Source: a virus (Duplodnaviria > Caudoviricetes). Taken from it: DNA of 61,636 nt. Under the pieces are notes generated by a model that was not told the DNA's origin, searched no databases, and saw nothing but the letters and a program-made list of their open reading frames with translations. The DNA lies in the IMG/VR virus record IMGVR_UViG_3300048851_000113, positions 1-61,636 of that record. One strand, written 5' to 3'. Positions within the stretch are counted from its first letter, which is position 1, and each line of letters begins with the position of its first letter. Made by a program: the position numbers and the translations under genes. Positions 17,985 to 26,589 of the stretch are shown here, one piece after another.

Positions 17985-18790
17985 GCACGCTGATCACGGC
18001 GGCCTGCTGGCCGCTGCAGGGTATGTCGCCGGCGCAGAAGTCCGTGCTGATCTCGCTGGCCGACCAGGCGAACGACGACGGCGTGTGCTGGCCCAGCGTG
18101 GGCACGCTCTCGATGCGCACGTGTCTGTCCGAGCGGGCAGTGCAGGGCGCGCTTCGCTGGCTGGTTGAGGCTGGGTTCCTCCGCGTGTCTGAGCGGACCG
18201 GCCGGTCGACGGTGTACCGCGTCACCCCCGCAAATCCTGCACCCCCGCAGCAAACGCACCCCCGCACGCCACGCACCCCCGCAGATTCCGCACCCACCCC
18301 CGCAGATGCCGCCCCCCCACCCCCGCAGCAGATGCACCCCACCCCCGCAGATGCTGCACCCAGAACCGTAAAGGAACCTTCAATTGAACCGTCAGGGAAC
18401 CGCAAACCGCGCGGCAAGCGCGCTGCCGGGTTCGACGCCGCTGGCATTGAGCTGCCCGAGTGGCTGGACGCGGAGGACTGGCAGGCATGGGTGCAGCACC
18501 GCCGGGAGCTTCGCAAGCCGCTGACCGAGTTGTCGGTTCGCCAGCAGCTGCTGGACCTCGACAAGGCTCGCCAGGACGGCGTGGCTCCGGGCGAGGTGAT
18601 CCGCCGCAGTGTCGCCGCTGGCTGGACCGGCCTGTGGGCACCGCGCGCAGCCACCGCCTCCGACCGCCCGCAGTCCACTGCCGAGCGCCGCTCGACTTGG
18701 ACGCAGAACCTCCGCGACAGCCTGGGTGAGAAGCCCGCGCGGCGTGAAATCGACATGGGAGTACTCGATGCAACTGGCCGCGCGATCTGA
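17981..18790 (+). CDS. Phage replication initiator (O-like, N-terminal HTH)
   Basis: KSVLISLADQANDDGVCWPSV; internal iterons; LPEWLDAEDWQAWVQHR. Confidence 0.85.
   Translation: MSTLITAACWPLQGMSPAQKSVLISLADQANDDGVCWPSVGTLSMRTCLSERAVQGALRWLVEAGFLRVSERTGRSTVYRVTPANPAPPQQTHPRTPRTPADSAPTPADAAPPPPQQMHPTPADAAPRTVKEPSIEPSGNRKPRGKRAAGFDAAGIELPEWLDAEDWQAWVQHRRELRKPLTELSVRQQLLDLDKARQDGVAPGEVIRRSVAAGWTGLWAPRAATASDRPQSTAERRSTWTQNLRDSLGEKPARREIDMGVLDATGRAI
18223..18349 (+). repeat. Iteron array / probable phage origin
   Basis: Seven copies of CACCCCCGCA at 18223, 18240, 18257, 18274, 18295, 18318 and 18340 inside the initiator gene. Confidence 0.8.
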
Positions 18791-19463
18791 AGTTCCGGCG
18801 ATCCCGCTGCGCTGGGCGCAGAAGATCATCACCCGCATGCACACGTTGTATGGCGCCCACTTCGCCCGTCAGTGGGAAGGCCTTGATGCCGCATCCATGG
18901 CCGAGTGCTGGTCGGAAGAACTGGCTGGCTTTACGCCGGAGGAGATCGCCCGCGGCCTGGACGCCTGCAAGGCACGCACGTTTCCGCCAACGCTGCCCGA
19001 GTTCCTGACCATGTGCCGCCCGCCGCTCGTTCCGGATGTGGCGTTCCACGAGGCGGTGGCCGGCATGGTGGCTCGCCAGCGCGGCGATGTGGGCACCTGG
19101 TCGCACCCGGCGATCTACTGGGCGGCCGTGAAGGTTGGCAGCGGTGACGTGCTGGCGCTGGGGTACGGCGCGTTGAAATCTCGCTGGGAAGCGGCGCTGC
19201 GCGATCAGCTGGCCGCCGGTGATTGGCCCGCGGTGCCCACGCCTGCACCGGCGCTGCCGCCGCCGGGCGGAACGCGGACCACGCGCGAAGAGGCGTCGAA
19301 GCGCCTGAGCGAACTCGGCGCGGCCGGCTTGGTGAAGCGCGCACCGAGTAGCGACGCTCGACGCTGGGCCCGCACGCTGCTCAATCGAAAGGATCGCGGT
19401 GAGCGCATCTCGCCCGTCGCTGAAGCGAAAGCCCGCCTGGCGCTCGGGGAGAGCGGCACGTGA
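18768..19463 (+). CDS. Replication protein P-like helicase loader
   Basis: YGAHFARQW, WSEELAGF, FPPTLPEFLTMCR, WSHPAIYWAA. Confidence 0.75.
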   Translation: MQLAARSEVPAIPLRWAQKIITRMHTLYGAHFARQWEGLDAASMAECWSEELAGFTPEEIARGLDACKARTFPPTLPEFLTMCRPPLVPDVAFHEAVAGMVARQRGDVGTWSHPAIYWAAVKVGSGDVLALGYGALKSRWEAALRDQLAAGDWPAVPTPAPALPPPGGTRTTREEASKRLSELGAAGLVKRAPSSDARRWARTLLNRKDRGERISPVAEAKARLALGESGT

Positions 19464-19876
19464 CGCGGTTCATCCCCGGCAGCTTCGGCGCGGTGCCGAA
19501 GTGCGCGAAGGTGGCCAGGGTGGCGAGAATTGCGAAGCCTTCGAAGTACCGCAACAAGCCGGTGGTGGCCGACGGCATCAAGTTCGACAGCGGACGCGAG
19601 CACAAGCGCTACCAGCAGCTGGCGCTGATGGAGCGCGCGGGCGTGATCAGCAACTTGCGCCGGCAGGTGTCGTACGAGCTGGTGCCCGCGCTGCTGCGCG
19701 CCGACGGCAAGGCAGAGCTGCCGGTCCACTACCTCGCCGACTTCGTCTACGAGCAGGGCCTGACGGTGGTGGTGGAGGACGTGAAGTCCGAGCCAACCCG
19801 GAAGCTGCCTGCCTACATCATCAAACGAAAGCTGATGCTGCACGTGCACGGCATCACCCTGAAGGAAACCTTGTGA
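19460..19876 (+). CDS. DUF1064-like PD-(D/E)xK nuclease
   Basis: SKYRNKPVVADGIKFDS, YLADFVY, VVEDVK. Confidence 0.82.
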   Translation: MTRFIPGSFGAVPKCAKVARVARIAKPSKYRNKPVVADGIKFDSGREHKRYQQLALMERAGVISNLRRQVSYELVPALLRADGKAELPVHYLADFVYEQGLTVVVEDVKSEPTRKLPAYIIKRKLMLHVHGITLKETL

Positions 19877-20075
19877 GGCCAGCGATACCCACACCCATGA
19901 CCGCACCTGTCACCACGTCCTCGCCGCTTGGCGCAGCGCCATCGACCGCGCGCACGTGGCGCCGTCCGAGCCTGAGCATCACCCCTGCAATGCAAGCCGC
20001 ACTGGCGCGTTGCAGTGAACTTACCGCCTCGCCGTCCCTGATCGGCCGAGAACCCCCCATGCAACCGGAGGCAGC

Positions 20076-20672
20076 ATGACCGAACCCCTGTTCAAGAGCG
20101 CGCACGACGCGCTGATCTTCGCGTTCAATTACGCCGACCAGCAGTCGGACCGGTCGGCGATGTCGCGTCTCATGTCAGGCCCGCTGGGCGCCGGCAAGGG
20201 GTTGTCCGGCATCGATGGCGCCGCACAGGCGGGATTCATTCTGGCGAAGGTGCGGGCGCTCGGCGCATTGCCCGAGGCGATCCTGACAGCCCGCTACGCC
20301 CCCAGGACAAAGCCTTGCGCGTGCTGCGCCTCGCCGCGCCCTGCTGATCGGTGGCACGGCGCGATCCGCATCATCCAGGATGCGGCGATTGACGGCGCGC
20401 TGTCCAGCCAGTCCTCATCGAACCGCGCGCTTCGCACCGTGATCGTTTCGCGCGCGTTCGGGAGCAAGGAAAGCCTCGTCGACGCCGCCGAGCAATGCGG
20501 CGTGCACCGCAACACCGCAACGAAACATAACGGCCTAATCGTCATGTGGCTGCGGGGCAGGAAAGCGCAACCCGGAAAGGAGGCCGTGATCGGCGAGGAG
20601 GCCAAGGCAATGGCTGCCATCGAGGACATGTTGACGGTGAGTGGTGTGGTCGGGGAGCTGATGCCCGCGTAA
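20076..20672 (+). CDS. Q-like late-gene regulator / antiterminator
   Basis: LFKSAHDALIFAF, CACC, C-terminal HTH; last early gene before a promoter and terminator. Confidence 0.65.
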   Translation: MTEPLFKSAHDALIFAFNYADQQSDRSAMSRLMSGPLGAGKGLSGIDGAAQAGFILAKVRALGALPEAILTARYAPRTKPCACCASPRPADRWHGAIRIIQDAAIDGALSSQSSSNRALRTVIVSRAFGSKESLVDAAEQCGVHRNTATKHNGLIVMWLRGRKAQPGKEAVIGEEAKAMAAIEDMLTVSGVVGELMPA

Positions 20673-20682
20673 CGCCTGGGGC

Positions 20683-20725
20683 TTGTGCAAACCGTGCACA
20701 TTTGACATACTGTTTATGTACAGTA
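20683..20725 (+). promoter_or_regulatory. Putative late promoter
   Basis: TTGTGC-17-CATACT, also TTGACA at 20702; palindromes TGTGCA-N5-TGCACA and TACTGT-N6-ACAGTA. Confidence 0.55.
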
Positions 20726-20742
20726 CGCAGTCATTGCGACCG

Positions 20743-20775
20743 AAGCCCGCCGAGCGAAAGCCAGCGGGCTTTTTT
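20743..20775 (+). terminator. tR'-like intrinsic terminator
   Basis: AAGCCCGC...GCGGGCTTTTTT. Confidence 0.8.
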
Positions 20776-20937
20776 GCGTCCCTACGCTGTTGCGATAGCG
20801 AGGAAAGAAGACGGCGACACCACCGAAGCGGCGAACTTCGGCAGTGACAGCCAACCCACGGAGCAAGCCCGTGAGCAGACCCGAGGCCGTCCCACCTGTA
20901 CAGGCGGGGACGACGTTATCACGGAATCCCTCTACTC

Positions 20938-21777
20938 ATGGCATCACCCATCATTCCCTGGCTGGGCGGCAAGCGCCGTCTGGCAAAAACCATCCTTCCG
21001 CTTTTCCCTGACCACCAGTGCTACGTCGAGCCCTTCGCGGGCGGTGCGGCGCTGTTCTTCCTGCGCCCGACGCCGGCTAAGGTCGAAGTGCTCAACGACG
21101 TCAACGGCGACCTCGTGAACCTGTACCGCGTGGTGCAGCACCATCTGGAAGAGTTGGTACGCCAGTTCAAATGGGCGCTGTCGAGCCGACAGGTGTTCGA
21201 GTGGCTGAAGGAAACGCGGCCGGAGACGTTGACCGACATCCAGCGCGCGGCGCGCTTCTATTACCTCCAGCAGAACTGTTTCAGCGGCAAGCTGCAAAGC
21301 CAGAGCTTCGGCACGGCGACGACCGCCCGGCCGGGCCTGAACCTGCTGCGCCTGGAAGAGACCCTATCCGCCGCGCACCTGCGTCTGTCCGGCACGTTCG
21401 TGGAGCACCTGACCTGGCAGAACTGCCTGCAGCGCTACGACCGGCCACACACGTTTTTCTACATGGACCCGCCTTATTGGAAGGTCGCAGGCTATGGCGT
21501 GCCGTTCGGCATCGAGCAGTACGAGGACATGGCCGCACGCATGCGGACGATCCAAGGCCGTGCGCTCGTCAGCGTGAACGATCACCCCGACATGCGCCGT
21601 GTGTTCGACGGGCTGCGAATGGAGACCACAGAGACCACGTACATCGTCGGCGGCAACAGCAAGGCCGCAGCCAAGACGCCGCGCGGTGAGCTGCTGGTGT
21701 TCAACTGGGGCGACGCGTCGCCATGCTCGTCTTCAGCTGCCCAGGCCGTAAACCCGGCGACCTGCGCCGGGCTTTAA
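20938..21777 (+). CDS. Dam-family (D12 class) N6-adenine DNA methyltransferase
   Basis: PWLGGKRRL, YVEPFAGG, FYMDPPY. Confidence 0.92.
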   Translation: MASPIIPWLGGKRRLAKTILPLFPDHQCYVEPFAGGAALFFLRPTPAKVEVLNDVNGDLVNLYRVVQHHLEELVRQFKWALSSRQVFEWLKETRPETLTDIQRAARFYYLQQNCFSGKLQSQSFGTATTARPGLNLLRLEETLSAAHLRLSGTFVEHLTWQNCLQRYDRPHTFFYMDPPYWKVAGYGVPFGIEQYEDMAARMRTIQGRALVSVNDHPDMRRVFDGLRMETTETTYIVGGNSKAAAKTPRGELLVFNWGDASPCSSSAAQAVNPATCAGL

Positions 21778-22241
21778 GCCGTCTGCCCACTGGGACGCAT
21801 CTTGGTAGCGACTACCCGTTGGAATTCGGCTCCGCCGCCTGCGTCACCACTGCCCCGTCGCTCGATCTCGTGCAGCGCCGCGCTGGCGAGGAAAGCGGAC
21901 CTCGACAGATGCCCGGCCTTGGCGGCCGCATCGATGCGATGAACCAAGTTCTCCGGCAGGCTGATGTTCAGGCGGACTGCCTTGGTGTTCACCTTCGACA
22001 GATCGACGTCGACCATCATCCAGAATCCACCTTGGTAGTCCGGATCGTCGGCCCAGGCGTCAGGCGCGCTTGGTGCGGGGATCGGCTCATCGTCGCCGGA
22101 GAAGTGCGCCTCGACAGCTTCCTGTGCCATGACCGCGATGTTCTGCGCTTCGTCGGCGGCCGAGAAACAACCCGGGAAATCGGGGAAGGTGACGCCGTAG
22201 GCGCTACCTTCCTCCTTGTATACGTAGATGGGATAAAGCAC
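21774..22241 (-). CDS. hicB: HicB antitoxin with RHH domain
   Basis: YGVTFPDFPGCFS, VRLNISLPENLVHRID...SRSAFL. Confidence 0.9.
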   Translation of the reverse strand: MLYPIYVYKEEGSAYGVTFPDFPGCFSAADEAQNIAVMAQEAVEAHFSGDDEPIPAPSAPDAWADDPDYQGGFWMMVDVDLSKVNTKAVRLNISLPENLVHRIDAAAKAGHLSRSAFLASAALHEIERRGSGDAGGGAEFQRVVATKMRPSGQTA

Positions 22242-22251
22242 TTGGTGCTCC

Positions 22252-22434
22252 TTAAAGTAGGCCGGCTTGCTTGAGTGCGCTTCGCACGGTGCCTATCGGC
22301 AGGTCTTTCTTCGGATGGGGCACGGTCACTTTGCCGGGTTTCGTTGCGTGCCTGAACTGCTGGTGTGACCCCACTGTTTGCACGTGGTACCAACCGTCGG
22401 CTTTGATTTGCTTGATGAGGTCTGCGCTGTTCAT
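22252..22434 (-). CDS. hicA: HicA mRNA interferase toxin
   Basis: GW...GSHQQFRH...VTVPHPKKDLPIGTVRS. Confidence 0.92.
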   Translation of the reverse strand: MNSADLIKQIKADGWYHVQTVGSHQQFRHATKPGKVTVPHPKKDLPIGTVRSALKQAGLL

Positions 22435-22435
22435 G

Positions 22436-22451
22436 TGTGTAATTATACACA
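22436..22451 (-). promoter_or_regulatory. hicAB operator and -10 element
   Basis: Palindrome TGTGT-N6-ACACA overlapping TATAAT (minus strand, 22442-22447). Confidence 0.7.
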
Positions 22452-22619
22452 CTACACACGCCTACACAACCACTATTTGAGCTCGACAGCAGATATTTGC
22501 AACGCCTGTCGCATCGTTACCACGTGCGCCCGGTAGGTCGTGCGTTCCTGGGCACAAGCTCACATCACGCACCGCCTGAACATAGAGAGATGGCGGGGCA
22601 TTTTGCACTCTGGAGTCGC

Positions 22620-22895
22620 ATGCGCCTGTTCATTACCGAGGCCGACGCGCTCGCGGCTGGCATGACGCATCACGGCCGCTTGTTCGGCGTGCCTGCATGG
22701 GTGCGGCCGACGCCTGACGGCGTGGACGGCGCACCTAAGTTCCTGCCACTGCAAGCGTGGTGCTGGATGGCCGATGCGGCGTATGAGGTCGCGTCGCGGT
22801 TCCTGCCGCCGGGCGCGTATCTGGTCGCGCCCATGAGCGCTGACCGTCTGATCCGGGCGCAGACCGGCGCTGGCTCGGGCAGCTCGCGAGGATGA
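22620..22895 (+). CDS. Phage hypothetical protein
   Basis: GGAG RBS; GMTHHGRLFGVPAWV. Confidence 0.55.
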   Translation: MRLFITEADALAAGMTHHGRLFGVPAWVRPTPDGVDGAPKFLPLQAWCWMADAAYEVASRFLPPGAYLVAPMSADRLIRAQTGAGSGSSRG

Positions 22896-23023
22896 GAGCG
22901 GTTCCCATTCTCAGCCGGGGGCCCCTGGGGAAAGCCTTGCGGTAAGGGGGATTCGAACCCCGGGGGGCCGCTAGATAGGAGGTCGCCATAGGGGGGTGAT
23001 GATAATTTTTCGGAGGATCAGCG

Positions 23024-23812
23024 ATGAAGCTGGGCTACCGGACCAACCTCGGCGAGGCGCCGAATCTATTCCTCGACCTGGAGCGGCAGCAGGCCTTCGC
23101 GACGGCCGTCGCGCTCACGCGCACCGCGCGGCTCGTTGCTGACAAGCTCCGGGCGGACATGCCGCAGGTGTTCGATCGGCCCACGCCGTACACGCTGAAC
23201 GCGCTGCGTGTTCGGCCGGCGACCCGCGAAAGCTTGACGGCCTACGTCGACTTCCGCGACAGCGCCGGCAAGGGCATTGCTGCGGACCGGTACCTCGGGC
23301 CGCAGGTGTTCGGTGGGGGACGCAGCCGCAAGCGTTCCGAGGTGGCCCTGAGCCGCTCGGGACTGCTGCCGGGCAAGTACACCGTGCCAGGCGCTGGCGC
23401 CGAGCTCGACCAGTATGGCAACGTCTCGCGGGGCTTCACGGTAAAGCTGCTGTCGTACCTACAGGCATTCGGCGAGCAGGGGTACCGCGCCAACGCCGCC
23501 GCTCGGACGATCTCCCGCGTGGCCGGTGTGCGCACCTCGGCGGAGGGCTACAAGCAGATCGGTGGCAAGGTGTATTTCGTGTCCAAGGGGCAGGGCTCGC
23601 AAGTTCGCGGTCGCCCCCAGCACCTGCCCGCCGGCGTGTGGCAGAAGAGCGGGACGCACGGCGTCGACGTCAAGCCCGTTCTGCTATTCGTCGATGCCCC
23701 GCACTACACGCCCAGGCTGGACTTCTTCGGCACGGCAGAGGAAGTCTTCGGCGAGCACTTCGCGCCGGAGTTCTCCACTGCGCTTGACGCAGCGCTCGGG
23801 AGCGCGCGATGA
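23024..23812 (+). CDS. gpZ-like tail completion protein
   Basis: AFATAVALTRTA...VFDRPTPYTLNAL; GGAGG RBS. Confidence 0.65.
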   Translation: MKLGYRTNLGEAPNLFLDLERQQAFATAVALTRTARLVADKLRADMPQVFDRPTPYTLNALRVRPATRESLTAYVDFRDSAGKGIAADRYLGPQVFGGGRSRKRSEVALSRSGLLPGKYTVPGAGAELDQYGNVSRGFTVKLLSYLQAFGEQGYRANAAARTISRVAGVRTSAEGYKQIGGKVYFVSKGQGSQVRGRPQHLPAGVWQKSGTHGVDVKPVLLFVDAPHYTPRLDFFGTAEEVFGEHFAPEFSTALDAALGSAR

Positions 23813-24351
23813 AGAACTGGAAGGGCGAAGCCGACGAGTTTGACCTGATGGTCCCGATGACCCAGGCAAGGTTCGGCCGGCTGGTCGGCGTGACCCAGTC
23901 GGCGGTGAGCGAGATGCTCTCGCGCGGCATTCTGCCGCCTGAAGCCACGGGACACGCATGGCTATTAGCTTACTGCGGGAACCTGCGCGAGGTCGCCGCT
24001 GGGCGAATGTCGGAAGACGGTGACAGCGACCTGGTCGCGGCGCGGACCCGGCTGGCGAACGAGCAAGCCGACGCTCAGGCCATGAAAAACGCGGTCACGC
24101 GGCAGGAGTTGGCGCCTGTCATCCTGATTGAGCAAGTGCTGAGCACGGCCGGCAGCAAGGTTGCCGGCATCCTCGATACGGTTCCCGCGACCGTGAAACG
24201 GCGGCTGCCCCATCTCACCGCGAACGAAGTCGAAATCGTCGCTCGCGAGATCGCCAAGGCCCGGAACATTGCTGCTGCGATCGGGTTACAGGATCTCGGG
24301 CCGCTCCCCGGCCTGACTCCCCAGGAGGAAGAGCAAGCCGAAGGAACGTAG
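23809..24351 (+). CDS. Terminase small subunit (Nu1-like)
   Basis: N-terminal HTH, LREVAAGR, coiled coil; directly before GpA. Confidence 0.85.
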   Translation: MKNWKGEADEFDLMVPMTQARFGRLVGVTQSAVSEMLSRGILPPEATGHAWLLAYCGNLREVAAGRMSEDGDSDLVAARTRLANEQADAQAMKNAVTRQELAPVILIEQVLSTAGSKVAGILDTVPATVKRRLPHLTANEVEIVAREIAKARNIAAAIGLQDLGPLPGLTPQEEEQAEGT

Positions 24352-24353
24352 CC

Positions 24354-26384
24354 ATGCAGATTGCCGATGCCACCGCCGTGCAGCGACACCTGGCAAGCGG
24401 TCTGTCGTCATTCGCGGTGCCGGAACCGATGTCGCTGCTGGACTGGTCGATCAAACACTTCTACCTGTCTGCTGAGTCGTCGTACGTCGAACAGAAGTGG
24501 GACCCATGGCCATTCCAGCGCGCGATCCTGGCGTGCATCAGCAACGATGCGATTCGCGAGGTGGACGTCAAGAAGTCGGCACGCGTCGGCTACACCAAGA
24601 TCCTGCTGGCGGCCATTTGCTACACAGCGGAGCACCGGCGCCGGAATCAAGCGCTCTGGCAGCCCACCGACGACGACCGAGACGAGTTCGTCAAGACCGA
24701 ACTCGAGCCGGTGCTGCGCGATGTGGATGTGATGCATCCGATCTTCCCGTTTAGGTTGGCCCGGCACAAGGACAACACCTTGCTGCAGAAGAAGTTCACC
24801 GGCAGCATGCTCCACCTGCGCGGCGGCAAGGCGGCCAAGAATTACCGGCGGATCAGCGTATCGAAGGCTTACCTCGACGAGCTGTCCGCCTTCGACAATG
24901 ACGTTGAGAAAGAAGGCGACCCGGTAACCCTGGCGCGGAAGCGGCTTGAAGGCGCGACCTTCCCAAAGCTCGTCTGCGGCTCGACGCCGAAGCTGAAGGG
25001 CTTCTGTCTAATCGACGCTCAGGCGACGGCGGCCGACGCCCGGTACACCTACCAAGTGCCGTGCCCGCACTGCGCCTGCTTCCACGCTATTACGTGGGGC
25101 GGCAAGGACGAGCCGCATGGCTTCAAGTGGGACGGTCGCGACACGTCGACCGTGCGCCACCTGTGCCCGCATTGCGGCGGCCACATGTCGCAGAGCCAGT
25201 ATCTGGACGTCGCCGAAAAGGGCCGGTGGGTTGGCGATGACGGCACGATCATCGAGAACGACGGAACCTTCCGCAACGCCGCTTTCGAGCTCGCGGCGCC
25301 GCATGAGCGCATCGCCTTCACGGTATGGACGGCCTACAGCCCAAATGTCACCTGGGCCGAAATCGTTCGGGACTTCGTCACGGCATGGGACGCTGCCCAG
25401 CAGGGCGACGACAGCAAGCTCAAGGCGTTCTGGAACACCACCCGGGGTGAGGTATGGGAAGGCGAGATTGAGCGCACGGACCTGGACGAACTGAAAGGTC
25501 GTGCCGAGCCCTTCGCGCTCAAGCTTGTCCCGAAGGGGTGCTTGCTGTTGCTCGCTGGATGCGACACGCAGGACAACCGCATCGAGGTCGCCGTGTGGGG
25601 CTTCGGCCGCGGCGGCGAGATGTGGACGGTCGAGCACAAGATTTTCTACGGCAACCCGTCGGAGGATGCCGTATGGCTGGAACTCGAGGACTTCCTGCTG
25701 AATACTCGATACGCACACGAGGTCGGTCCGGCCATCGGGATCTACGCGTCCGGGATCGACAGCGGCGGTCACCATTCACATGCCGTGTACGAATTCGCAC
25801 GAAAGCATGCGCGGCGTCGGGTGTACGCACTCCGGGGCCGGCCCGTGGGCGAGAAGCACATCAAGGACGGGGCGACGCACGTCGACATCGACTGGCGCGG
25901 CAAGCGCGTCAAAAAGGGCGTCGTGCTGTGGCACGTGGGTACCAACCTCGCCAAGGATCTGCTGTATGGCCGGCTTCAGGTGCGCACGCAAGGCGCAGGC
26001 TACGTGCACATCTCGTCCGACCTGTCCGACGAGTGGTTCCGACAGTTCGCCGGCGAGGTGCGGGCCACCCGCAAAACCATCAGCGGTCCGCAGAGCCGGT
26101 GGGCGGCGACCCGATCGCGCGTCGAGACTTGGGATTGCGCGGTCTATGCGCTGTGGGTTGAGGCCCATCTTGAACTGCACCGCAAGACCGACGCCTGGTG
26201 GGACAAGCTTCAAGAGCGCGTCCAGCCTGGCGCAACCGACGACCCGGCCGAGCTGCCCGCTGAATCGAAACAGACGCCCGCGAAAGCGGGCGTTTCCACA
26301 TCTGACCGGCAGCCTGTCGCGAAGCCGCGGGCAGCGCCGCGCGCGCGCCGCGTCTCCGCTTCACCCTATCTCCGCAGGCGATGA
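24354..26384 (+). CDS. Terminase large subunit, lambda GpA family
   Basis: KSARVGYT Walker A, YLDE Walker B, STP, CPHC zinc knuckles, IDSGG. Confidence 0.95.
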   Translation: MQIADATAVQRHLASGLSSFAVPEPMSLLDWSIKHFYLSAESSYVEQKWDPWPFQRAILACISNDAIREVDVKKSARVGYTKILLAAICYTAEHRRRNQALWQPTDDDRDEFVKTELEPVLRDVDVMHPIFPFRLARHKDNTLLQKKFTGSMLHLRGGKAAKNYRRISVSKAYLDELSAFDNDVEKEGDPVTLARKRLEGATFPKLVCGSTPKLKGFCLIDAQATAADARYTYQVPCPHCACFHAITWGGKDEPHGFKWDGRDTSTVRHLCPHCGGHMSQSQYLDVAEKGRWVGDDGTIIENDGTFRNAAFELAAPHERIAFTVWTAYSPNVTWAEIVRDFVTAWDAAQQGDDSKLKAFWNTTRGEVWEGEIERTDLDELKGRAEPFALKLVPKGCLLLLAGCDTQDNRIEVAVWGFGRGGEMWTVEHKIFYGNPSEDAVWLELEDFLLNTRYAHEVGPAIGIYASGIDSGGHHSHAVYEFARKHARRRVYALRGRPVGEKHIKDGATHVDIDWRGKRVKKGVVLWHVGTNLAKDLLYGRLQVRTQGAGYVHISSDLSDEWFRQFAGEVRATRKTISGPQSRWAATRSRVETWDCAVYALWVEAHLELHRKTDAWWDKLQERVQPGATDDPAELPAESKQTPAKAGVSTSDRQPVAKPRAAPRARRVSASPYLRRR

Positions 26385-26385
26385 C

Positions 26386-26589
26386 ATGGCCTATACCCAA
26401 CAAGACCTCGACGAGGTCCGCAAGGCGATCGCCGGCTCCCAGCTGGAAGTGCAGTACGGCGACAAGCGGGTGCGTTATCGCACCACCGCTGAATTGCTGG
26501 CGGCGGAGCAGCGCATCATGGGCGCGCTGCGCGCGGCACGGCGTCGTTCTCCGTTCATCCGTGTGCGGCACGCCGGCAAGGGGGTCTGA
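26386..26589 (+). CDS. gpW-like head-tail joining protein
   Basis: MAYTQQDLDEVRKAIA...VQYGDKRVRYR. Confidence 0.85.
   Translation: MAYTQQDLDEVRKAIAGSQLEVQYGDKRVRYRTTAELLAAEQRIMGALRAARRRSPFIRVRHAGKGV

Noticed and set aside
18223-18349. Short repeat array as a possible CRISPR
   Set aside because: 10-bp repeats with 7-13 bp spacers inside the initiator gene and no cas genes; these are iterons.
19873-20079. Possible small ORF between DUF1064 and the Q-like gene
   Set aside because: Low-complexity sequence with no motif; coding status cannot be supported.
22945-22962. T-arm-like GGGGTTCGAATCCCC on the minus strand
   Set aside because: No acceptor stem, D-arm or anticodon arm can be folded around it; not a tRNA.
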